Below, in pieces: positions 11,701 through 22,464 of a DNA stretch of 64,000 nt. The notes beneath the pieces were generated by a model. The model was not told the origin of the DNA, made no database searches, and saw nothing but the letters and a program-made list of their open reading frames with translations. The stretch is from NCBI RefSeq assembly GCF_963921235.1, contig NC_086107.1, positions 93,374,001 through 93,438,000 on the forward strand. Reading direction: 5' to 3'. The stretch's first letter is position 1. Each line of letters opens with the position of its first letter. The position numbers and the translations under genes were made by a program. This stretch comes from Mobula hypostoma. Taxonomy: Eukaryota.

Positions 11701-12254
11701 TCTTGGAACAAATCCTGGTGGTCCCATCGAAACGCTACATTCACATCACAGACGGGTGTCGTGCCGTCTCGTCCCCAGGCACCCCTGACCCCGCACGGAG
11801 GAAGGAGGTTCAGATGGGGACCACTCTCCCCAAGAACCCAAGGGACATTGCTGAACTGAAAGCAATGCACAGCCCTTCAAGTCGCAACTGTTGAGCAGTA
11901 TCATAAATTATGGCCTGTGGCCTCTATTATTAGACTATAATCACTCCTCACCATATGGTGTCGATGAGACGAAGTTGTGCTCAGAGTCCTGAGCTATAAC
12001 AGCCTGTGTAATATTAAAGAAAGAAATAGCAAAACAGCAGTGATTTATTAACACTGAGGTGAAACCCAGTTCTTGTTGGTCTGAGGCTGGTGAGGGGCTC
12101 TAACCACAAACCCGCCCAGAGCTAATTCACACAGAGGTTTCCTGACTCTGCAAGATTCCTGGAGACAATCCCTCAATTACAGTCACCTTTGGAACTTTTC
12201 TCTTCATACTTGTATATATACTTGCAGGATGCACGGAAGCTGACCCTACGTTTT

Positions 12255-12785
12255 CATAGCATCATAGAGCACTACAGAGCAGAAACAGGCCTTTTGGCCC
12301 ATCTAGTCTCTGCCAAACTACCTGCACCCAAATCAGAGCCCCTCATACCCCTCCCATCCAACCTTCTCTGAAATGGAGAAATCAAACTTGCATCCACCAC
12401 TTCCGTTGGCAGCTTGTTCCACACTCTCACCACCCTCTGAGTGAAGTAGTTCCTCCTCTGTTCCCCCTTAATCATTTGACCTTTTGCCCTTAACCCATGA
12501 CCTCCAGTTCTAGTCACACCCAATATCAGAGGAAAAAGCCTGCTTGAGATTACTCTATCTATATCCCACATAATTTTGTACACCTCTGTCAAATCTCCCC
12601 TCATTCTCCTATGCTCCAAGAAATAAAGTCCTAACCTATTCAAACTACCCTATAATTCAGGTTCCTGAGTCCCAGCTACATCTTTGTAAATTTTCTCTGT
12701 ACTCTTTCAATCTTATTGACATATTTTTGTAGGTAGGTGACCTGAACTGCACATAATACTCTAAATTAGGACTTTTCAACTGGCA
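12255..12785 (-). mobile_element. CR1 3' fragment
   Basis: Minus ORF NRLGLYFLEHRRMRGDLTEVYKIM...YFTQRVVRVWNKLP. Confidence 0.85.
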
Positions 12786-13493
12786 TTAATATGAAATTTA
12801 GCCCAGAATCCAACTTTAATCAACACCACACCCAAGACCAACCCAGTATCCAAACTCAAGCCAAACTCACAACTAGACCCAAGGTCAAAACCAACTCCAA
12901 CACCAAACTAGTCTCATCTCATACACTAGTCCCAATCCCTATGCACCTTCTCTCAAATCCTTTGAACCAGACCCACCCCCACACCCAAAACCAACTCCTA
13001 CCCTAAAACTACCAACCCCAAAATTGGCTGTAACACCAATTAGTTCAAATACCACATGCATCTTTCACCTGTATTCACCTCTGTCATCTGTACAGTTTCA
13101 CTTGAGACACTGAACCGTGCTATCCTTAGTAATCATAAAGCCATAAGACATATGAGCAGAATTAGGCCATTCAGCCCATCGAGTCTGTCCAACATTCCAT
13201 TATGGCTAATTTATTATCCCTTTCAACCCAGTTCTCTTGCCTTCTCCCTATAGCTTTTGACATCCTTACTAATCAAGAATTTATCAACCTCTTCTTTAAA
13301 TATACCCAATAATTCGGCCTCCACAGCTGTCTGTGGCAATGAACTCCACAGATTCTCCACCCTCTTTGTTAAGTGCATTCAATCTATCCATGCCTCTCAT
13401 GATTTTATACACCTCTATAAGGCATGAGTGAACCTGATTCCATGTGAATAAATGGGTGCATAAGTTCATGTGTGTATGTTTGTGTGTGGATGT

Positions 13494-13698
13494 ACTTTAT
13501 ACTTTATACTTTATTGTTGCCAAACAATTGATACTAGAACGTACAATCGTCACAGCGATATTTGATTCTGCACTTCCCGCTCCCTGGATTACAAATCGAT
13601 AGTAAATATTAAACATTTAAATTATAAATCATAAATAGAAAATAGAAAAATGGAAAGTAAGGTAGTGCAAAAAAACCGAGAGGCAGGTCCGGATATTC
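13494..13698 (-). mobile_element. Short retroposon 3' end with (TATAAAG)n tail
   Basis: Inverted near-identical copy of 54253-54456; flanked by GGATGTAC / GGATGTGC, a probable TSD. Confidence 0.75.
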
Positions 13699-13719
13699 CG
13701 GATGTGCACACAAGTGTAA

Positions 13720-14770
13720 GTATCTTCAAATGTTAATTTATTATCAAAGCATACAACTCTGCAATTCTTCTTCTCCAGATAGCCATGAAACTCAATAAGA
13801 ACGGCAGCATGATCATCAACCCCCAAATCCCTCCTCCCCACACAAAAAAATGGACAAAAACGGAACAGGCACAATGATCCTCAAATCCCCCTCCTCCACA
13901 CACAAAAAACACTGAGAGAGATCAGGTGAAAAACAAAGAATATAAAATATTGTAAATCTATAGTCCAAGTGCATATCCAAAACACAGAAAACCCGGGTAA
14001 CACTCTCCAGGCACAACGATCAAAAGACAGTCTCCCCTCTCCGTAGCAGAGCGATCCCACTAGCGATCAAAAGGCTGTCTCCCCTCTCCGTAGCAGAGCG
14101 ATCCCACTAGCGATCAACAGGCAGTCTCCCCTCTCCGTAGCAGAGCGATCCCACTAGCGATCAAAAGGCAGTCTCCCCTTTCCGTAGCAGAGCGATCCCA
14201 CTAGTGATCGACAGGCAGTCTCCCCTCTCCGTAGCAGAGCGATCTCACTTGTGATCAAAAGGCAGTCTCCCCTCTCCGTAGCAGAGCGATCCCACTAGCG
14301 ATCAAAAGGCAGTCTCCCCTTTCCGTAGCAGAGCGATCCCACTAGTGATCGACAGGCAGTCTCCCCTCTCCGTAGCAGAGCGATCTCACTTGTGATCAAA
14401 AGGCAGTCTCCCCTCTCCGTAGCAGAGCGATCTCACTATTGATCAAAAGGCAGTCTCCGCTCTCCGTAGCAGAGCAATCCCACTAGCGATCAAAAGGCAG
14501 ACAGCCAGCACACACCTTCTGCATTCACCTCAATGTTTCAATCTCCCTCATTGATTTAATCAGCGAACAATGGAAGTTTTAATCAGCGAAATGGAGTCGA
14601 ACATCGGATCACCCCCGTCCCACAGCTTCGCCACAAGTTTCACGCACACCTCCTCTGCCTCCCGGAATCCTCACCGAGACTGCAGAGCACTGAAACACCC
14701 AAATGATCTCCAAATTGCAAATCACAGGCTCCAACAGTTCCAGAATCACACTTAAGATGAAAAACCAACG
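13720..14770 (-). mobile_element. Non-autonomous Rex1-tailed element carrying an internal minisatellite
   Basis: Reverse-complement tail (TTTATTATCAAAGCATACAACTCTG) at 13735-13765 resembles other Rex1-type tails in the window. Confidence 0.45.
14017..14500. repeat. 47-bp minisatellite, 10 full units plus a partial
   Basis: Unit CGATCAAAAGGCAGTCTCCCCTCTCCGTAGCAGAGCGATCCCACTAG starting at 14017, 14064, 14111 ... 14487. Confidence 0.97.
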
Positions 14771-14862
14771 TCAATGTGCATGTCTGTGTGTGTGCGTACA
14801 CATGGGTATTGTGTGCATCTGTATAAGATTGGTTTGAGACAGCACAATATCCTGTAGTCATT

Positions 14863-15339
14863 GACACAAGAGATTCTGCAGATGCTGGAAATTTTGAGCA
14901 GCACACACAAAATGCTGGAGGTACTCAATAGGTCAGGCAGCAAGTGTGGAGGGAAATGGACAGTCAATGTTTTGACCAAGACCCTTCATCTCGACTCTAA
15001 AGGTAGAGGACAGAAGCCTGAATAAAAGAAACCAGAGATTCTGCAGATGCTGGAAATCCACAACAACGCACACAAAATGCTGGAGAAACTCAGCAGGTCA
15101 GGTTGCATCAATGGAGATGAATAAACCGTCAATCTTTTGGGCTGAGACCCTTCATCGGGACTGGAATGGAAGAGGGCACAAGTCAGAATAAAAGACACCA
15201 GGGATTCTGAAAATGCCGGAATTCTTGAGACACACACACACACACACACACAGTGGTGGAGGAACTCAGCAGGTCAGGCAGCACTTATGGATGGAAAAGA
15301 ACAGTCAATGTTTCGGGCCGAGATCTTTTATCAGGACTG
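14863..15339 (-). mobile_element. Tandem trimer of ~170-bp Penelope terminal-repeat units, each with a degenerate hammerhead motif
   Basis: Motifs at 14961-14996, 15126-15163 and 15302-15339, each followed on minus by the PLE tail. Confidence 0.8.
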
Positions 15340-15779
15340 CCGCCATACCTCCAGGATGGGGCAAAGTGCTGGCACACAGTACGAGTGACCACAGCCACCT
15401 CAGAACCTTAGACCACCATTTTACGGAGCTCTGAGGAGAAAATTAAAAGATAAAAACCAGGAAGAACAACATTTGTACAGGTTATTATTCCCATGGATAT
15501 TCCTGCTTCTAAATCTACACTGGGGAACAGAGAACTATTTACAAAGATATACAAGCAATACACTGAAAGACCTGATATTCCCACCCCACTTACTGAGTAC
15601 ACAGAGAGTGAAAGCCTGATCCATTGAGAAATGAAATGCTATTTAAACTTTGTTAGCTTGTACGTTCCTGCCTTGAATTGAAATCTGTTTTTGCCTCCTA
15701 GTAGCCAAAGCCCAAAACTTCCTTCTTTCTCAATTATGGGCACTTCTTTCTCTGATTTCTTTCACCAACTATTCGTGAC

Positions 15780-16460
15780 TCCCCTTTTGGAAGTCCTGGC
15801 GCAGGATTCCCTAAAGATTAACTTGCAGGTTGAGTTGGTAGTAAAGAAAGCAAATTCAATGTTCGTATTCAGTTTGAAGGGACTAGGATATAAAAACAAG
15901 GATGTAATTCTGAGGGTTTTTAAGGCACTGGTCAGACTGCACACAGTGCATAGTGAGATGATTTGTGGCCCTTATCGAAGAAAAGATGTGCTGGAATTGA
16001 AGAAGATCCAGAAGAGGTTCACGAGAATTATCCTGGGAATGAAAGGGTTAATGTAGGAAGCGTGTTTGATTGCTTTGGGTCTGTACTTGTTAGAGTTTAG
16101 AATGAGAGGGGATCTCATTGAAACCTATCGAATATTGAAAGCTCTGGATAGAATGGACATGCAGTGGGGGAGTCTAGGACCAGAGGGCACAGCCTCAGAG
16201 TAGATGGATGTCCATTTAGGACAGAAATGAAAAGGGTGATGAATATGTGGAATTCATTGCCCCAGACAGCTGTGCAGGCCAAGGCATTGGGGATTTAAAG
16301 CAGATGTTGATAGGTTCTTGATTAGTAAAGGTATCAAAGATCACAGTGAGAAGGCAGGCAAATTGGGCCGAAAGGGAAAATACATCAGACATGATTGAAT
16401 GGCGGAGCAGAGTCAGTGGGCCAAATGGCCTAATTCTCCTCCTATGTCTTATGATTTTCT
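15780..16460 (+). mobile_element. CR1 ORF2 C-terminal fragment
   Basis: DSLKINLQVELVVKKANSMF...KDVLELKKIQKRFTRII. Confidence 0.85.
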
Positions 16461-16735
16461 GGTGGCTTCCATCTGGTCCTGAAATTCTGCACAGCCCCCC
16501 AAAATATTGCCTTTCTTTCCTTTTGTAAGATGCTCCCTAATACAAATCTCCTTTGGTCACAGTGGCAGTGATATCTTTATTAGTATGCTATCAATGGTGG
16601 GCTGATTCACAATACCTTAGAATATTGATGTTAAAGATATTGTGAAAAATTAATTAAAGTTATCTGGTGCACAACTCAGAATATCTGAGAATATGTATTT
16701 TCCAATCACGTACAAGGAGCCAGAGAAGTTATACA

Positions 16736-17890
16736 TACACTCAGTGGCCACTTTATTAGGTACACTTGTACACCTGCTCATTCTTGTAAATATCGGTGGG
16801 AGGAGAAGATGGCAGCGCGACGCAGCACGCACAGCTCTCCGGTGAAATAATATGGTATCTGTCAAATAGGAGCCGTGGACAATTCTGATTTGATGGAGGC
16901 AGACGTGAAAGCACAGAGGAACATCTGGAGAAATTTCTGAAATGCCGGTTCGCTGCCGCTGCTACTGTGCGATCGACAATCTCCGGAGGGAAGGCCCCAA
17001 AATCCCCGGCTTTGCCTGCTACTGGTGACCGAGGCTGAGGTCGAAGCGTTTGGATAGAGATGGTGCTCGGTACTCAGTGTCGGAGGGCTGATCAGAGCTC
17101 CAAGTTTTCGGACAACTCAGAGTCGGACTGTGGTCGGGCATGGCAGGGAGAGTTTTCTTCCTTCTCCCGCCTGCGTGAGATGCGGGACTTTCGAGAGACT
17201 TTGAACTTTTTTTTACTGTGCCATGGCCTGTTCTTCATCAAGTTATGGTAATGTTGCACTGTTGTAATTATATGTTATAATTATGTGGTTTTTGTTAGTT
17301 TTTCAGTCTTGGTCTGTCCTGTGTTCCTGTGATATCACACCGGAGGAATATTGTATCATTTCTTAATGCATGCATTACTAAATGACAATAAAAGAGGACT
17401 GTGTGTCCTCATAATCTAACCTAATATCTAATCAGCCAAACATGTGGAAGCAACTCAATGCATAAAAGCATGCAGACATGGTCAACAAAGCCAGTTGTTG
17501 TTCAGATCAAACATCAGAATGGGGAAGAAATGTGATTTAAGTGCCTGACTGTAGAATAATTGTTGGTACCAGACAAGGTGCTTTGAGGATCTCAGAAACC
17601 GCTGACCTCCTGGAATTTTCACCCACAACAGTCTCTGAAGTTTACAGAGAAAGGTGTGTGAAAAAAACATCCAGTAAGCAGAGTTCTGTAGGTAAAAACA
17701 CCTTGTTAATGAGAGAGGTCAGAGGGGAACAGTCTGATTGGTTCAAGCTGACTCAGATAACCGCGCCTTACAACAATGGTGTGCAGAGAGCATCTCTGAA
17801 TGCACAGCACGTCGAATCTTGAAGTGGATGGGCTGCAGCAGCAGAAGACAACAAACGTACACTCACTGGCTACTTTATTACGTACAGATG
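16736..17890 (+). mobile_element. Tc1-family deletion derivative (third copy) containing a 0.63-kb insertion
   Basis: Left TIR TACACTCAGTGGCCACTTTATTAGGTACAC; HTH remnant ISETADLLEFSPTTVSEVYRE at 17541-17660; the right end retains only the inner TIR arm (17858-17886). Confidence 0.85.
16795..17423 (+). mobile_element. Young CpG-rich non-autonomous retroposon with AATCT-type tail, TSD AATATC
   Basis: Starts GGAGAAGATGGCAGCGCG and ends CATAATCTAACCT. The Tc1 sequence AAATATC|TAATCAGCC is interrupted, with AATATC duplicated. Confidence 0.8.
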
Positions 17891-17924
17891 AGTTTACAGA
17901 GTCCTTGAAAGTGCCAAAAGGTTG

Positions 17925-18057
17925 TGGAATCACTGTATTATCACCGTCATATGTCGTAAAATGTGGCAACAGTACATGGCAATATATAAATTAAAAAAAC
18001 TATAAATTGAAATAAGGGCAGAAGGTGAGTGGGTATCTATCTGCATTTGACCACACA

Positions 18058-18118
<61 letters not shown>

Positions 18119-21100
18119 ACTCTCTCTCTTTCTCGCTCTCTCTCATCTCAGGGTTATATACTGCATACACACTTTGATGATAAATGTGCTTTGAAACTTT
18201 GAAGAAATATATATATATATAAAACTAAATTCAATAAGAACATAAGAAATAGGAGCAGGAGTAGGCCATTTCACCCATCAAGCCTGCTCCACCATTCAGT
18301 AAGATGGGCGCATCTCCACCTACCTGCCTTTTCCCCATAATCCTGAATTCCCCTACTATGCAAAAATCTATACAACCTTGTCTTAAATATATTTACTGAG
18401 GGAGCCTCCACTTCTTCAATGGGTAAAGAATTCCACAGATCCACTACCCTCTGGGAAAAACAGTTCCTCCTCATCTCCCTCCTAAATTTACTCCGCCAAT
18501 TCTTGATGCTATGTTCCCCAGTACTAGTCTGACCTACTGGTGGAAACAACTTTCCTGCCTCTATCTTATCGATCCCTTTCATAATTTTAAATGTTTCTAA
18601 AAGATCTCCACTCATCCTTCTGCATTCCAGTGACTCAGTCCCAGGCGACTCAATCTCTCCTCATAGCCCAATCCCCTCTTCTCTGGAATCATCCTGGTGA
18701 ACTTCCTCTGCACCACCTCCAAAGCCAGTATATCCTTCCTCAAACAAGGAGACAGTAATAAAATAGTGAGTTAGTATATATGGGTTCATTGTCTATTCAG
18801 ATATCTAATGGCAGAGGGAAGGAGTTGTTCCCAAAATACTGAGTCTGTGTCTTCACATTCCTGTATCTCCTCCCTGATGGTACTAATGACAAGCGGGTAT
18901 GTCCTGGGTATTGGGCTCCTTAATAATGGATACCACCTTTTTGAAGCATCGCCTTTTGAAGATGTCCTCAATGTTGAGGAGGCTAGTGCCCCGATGGAGC
19001 TGGCTGAGTTTATAAACCTCTGCAGCTTTTTCCGATCCTGTGCTGTGTCCCCTCCATACCAGACGATGATAAAACTATTTAGAATGCTCCCCACGATGCA
19101 TATGTGTAGAAACCTGCTGGAGTCTTTGGTCACCTACCAAATCTCCTCAAACTCCAAATGATCTATTGATACTGTCGCGCCTTTTTTGTAATTGCATCAA
19201 TATGTTGGGCCCAGGACAGATCTTCAGAGATGTTGACACCCAGGAACTTGAAACTGATCATTCTTACCACTGTTGATCCCTCCATGAGGACTGGTGTATT
19301 CCCTTGACTTCCCCTTCCTGAAGTCCACAATCAACTCTTTGGTCTTACTGAGACTGAATGCGAGCTTGTTGTTGCAACACCACTTGACCAGCTGATCCAT
19401 CTCACTCCTGTCTGCCTCCTCGTCACCATCTGAAATTCTCTCAACAATAGTTGTGTCATAGGCACATTCATAAATTGTATTTCGGTTGTGTTGAGCCACA
19501 CAGTTATGAGTGCAGAGAGAGTCGAGTAGTGGGCTCAGCATGCTTCCTTGAGATGCACCGGTGTTGATCGTCAGTGAAAAACAAGTATTGTTTCTGAACC
19601 GAGAAAGGCAACATTATTTCCGAACCACACTGACCACTGTTTCTGATGAGGAAGTCAAGGAGGTACATCAGCCCAGGTTCTGGAGCTTATTGATTAGAAC
19701 TGAGGGTATGATAGTGTTGAACACTGAGATGTAATCAATGAACGGCAGCCCGTTGTAGATATTACTATTGTCCAGGTGATCCAAGCCTGAGTAGAGAGCC
19801 AGCGAGATTGCTTCTGCTGTAGACTTATTGTGGTGATAAGCATATTGCTGCGGTTCCAGGTCCTTGCTTAGCAGGATTTGATTCTAGCTATGACCAACGT
19901 TTCAAAGCACTTCATCACATTAGATGTGAGTGTAACAAGGTTATAGTCATTGAGGTAGATCACCCTGTTCTTCTTGGGAACTGGTATGCTTGTCACCCTT
20001 TTGAAGCAAGTGAGAACCTCAGATTGCAGCAGTGCGAGACTGAAGATGTCCTTGAACACTCCCTCCAGCTGGTTGGCACAGATTTTCAGTGCTCTACCAG
20101 CTACACCATCAGGGCCTGACATCTTGCGAGATGTTCTGAAGTCTGCCTCCGAAACAGACATCACACCTTCACCAGATGCTGCAGGGACTCACACTGGTGT
20201 AGTTTTATTCTCCCTTTCAAAGTGTGCATAAAAGACATTAGGCTCATTTGGGAGTGAGGCATCACTCCCCAATGATGTTAGGTTTCACCTTGAGGAAAGC
20301 AATGAGCTGCAAACCCTGTCAGAGCTGGCATACATCTGATTCCATCTCAAATTGCAATCAGAATTGTTTTCTCGCTCTTAGAGTAACCTTCTGTAGGTCG
20401 TACCTGGACTTCTTACATAGTTCTGGGCCACTAATGCCACAAATCTAGCCCTCTGCAGACTATGAATCTCTTGATTCACCCATGGCTGTTGGTTTGGGCA
20501 TGTCTGGTGTGTTCTCAAAGGCACGCACTCATCCGCACTTGTCTTGATGAAGTTATGACTGAATTTGGCATATTCATTCAGATTCAAAGATGAATCATTG
20601 AATATTGTCCATTCCACTGATTCTGTAAGTGCTGCTCTACCTCCCTTGGTCATGCTGTATGTCCGTGGTCCTCACCACTGGTGCTGCAGTCCTCAGTCTC
20701 TGCCTGTACACCAAGTGTAGCCAGGTGATCGGACTTTCCAAAGAGCGGATGTGAGATGGCACGGTAACTGCTCGCGATGGTCTTATAACAATGGTTAAGT
20801 GTGTAGGTGACATTTTGGTAGTAGTTCATCAGAGACTTTCCCAAGCTGGCCTGATTGAAATTCCCATCAATGATAGAGAAGACATCAGGATGCGTTGTTT
20901 TTTGGACTGCTGTTCACAGTGCTGAACTCCTCTAGTGCCCGTCTGATGTTGGCCGGGTGTGGAATATACACGACTACCAGAATGATGGTGGAAAACTCCC
21001 TCAGTAGTTAAAATGGACAACACTTGACCACTGGATGTTCCAAGTCTGGTGGGCAGCACTAAGACAGAACCATCACACCTGTGCACCACAATGAATTTAT

Positions 21101-21510
21101 CATGAGACACACTCCACCTCTTCTACCTTTAAAGGACTCAGCTGTTCTGTCTTTGTGGTAGATGGTGAAGTCCTTGGGCTGTGTCTGGAATGGTGGAGGT
21201 GAGCCACGTTTCCATGAGGCAAAGTACACAGCAGTCCCTGATGTCCCTCTGGAACAGCAATCTTGCCCTAAGATGTTCAATTTTATTTTCCAGAGACCGT
21301 ACATTCACCAGGGGATAGAAGGGAGTGGGATTGATTCTAAGGGCTCTATGTTTCGATCTTACTTGCAGTCCAGCACACTTTCCACATGTCCTTTTTCTTA
21401 AAGGGAAACTGCCTCGTGAGCCGAGTCTACAGTCTGGAGTCCACCAATTTTGAGGATCAATAGATTTTTTAAAATGTCTTAAAGCAATGCTGCTCACTGA
21501 AGTACCCATG
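17925..21510 (-). mobile_element. Near full-length, frameshifted Rex1/Babar LINE (APE + RT)
   Basis: Minus ORFs in order: APE LVNVRSLENKI..CVLCLMETWL; RT SGPDGVAGRALKICANQL..IPVPKK..NDYNLVTLTSNVMKCFE; LSPLLDSLCTHNCVA..ECAYDTTIV; 3' tail near 17925-18010. Confidence 0.9.
18235..18752 (-). mobile_element. CR1 3' fragment nested in Rex1
   Basis: Minus ORF GDLLETFKIMKGIDKIEAGKLF...FSQRVVDLWNSLP. Confidence 0.9.
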
Positions 21511-22464
21511 GCTACTCACCAGTCCTTTGGGACCTCACCTGTAGCTAGAGAGGACATGAAGATATTAGTCAAGACCCCAACAATTGCTTCTCTTGACTCT
21601 CCATAACCTGGGGTATATCCCGTCAGGTCCTGAGGACTTATCCACCTTAATGCTCTTAAGGTGACCCGAAACTACCTCCTCCTTTACCTCAAAGTGCCCC
21701 AGCAAGTCAATAGCTCAGCACTGATCTCCCTATCCTCCATATCCTTTCCTTTGGTAAATACTGCTGTTAGTACTCATTAAGGACCTTATCCACATCTTCT
21801 GTATCCAAGCACATGTTCCCCTCTTTATCCTCGTGTGGTCCTACCCTCTGGCTGCTCTTGACTTTCCTAAATTCTTCTTGAGTTCTCTTCTGGCTTCTTT
21901 ATAATCCTCAAGAGTTCTGTTTGATTTTAGTTCCCTAAACTTTACGCACCTTTCCTTTTTCTTCTTGAGTAAATTCATCACCTCCCTCAATATCCAAGGT
22001 TTTCTTATCTTACCATCCTTGTCCTTCCTTCTGACAGGAACATACCTGTCCTGTACAGTTTGTCTTTAAACACCCTCCACATGCCAGACGTGGACTTGCC
22101 CAAAAACAGCTGTTCCCAATTAACACGCCTTAGTTCCAGTCAAGTATTCTCATAATTTGCCCTGTTCCAATTTAATACTCTCCCGCAAGATCCATACTCA
22201 TCCTTATCTATAGCTATCTTAAAACTTAATGAGCTGTGGTCACTGTCCCCTCACTGCTCACCCACTAAAAGTTTGATCATCTGGCCAGGCTCGTTACCCT
22301 CCACCAGCTCCAGGACAGTCCCTCCTCTTGTTGGACTGTCTGCTGTACATATTGATCTAAGAGGCCCTCCTGGATGCTCCTAACAAATCTAAACCTCTTT
22401 CACGCTGCCAGCCCCAGTTTATATTTGGGAAGGTGAAATCCCCCATGATGACAACCCTATTGTT

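Noticed and set aside
11211..11859. Ser/Leu/Pro-rich ORFs
   Set aside because: Products of CT low-complexity sequence.
12790..13030. Interstitial telomeric repeat or Q/T/P-rich ORF
   Set aside because: AC-rich degenerate low complexity with no run of CCCTAA units.
14017..14500. CRISPR-like regular array
   Set aside because: Units are contiguous 47-mers with no unique spacers, there are no cas genes, and the context is a vertebrate genome.
15585..15700. Minus-strand exon ending at a GTAAGT donor near 15592
   Set aside because: No convincing acceptor or recognisable peptide upstream.
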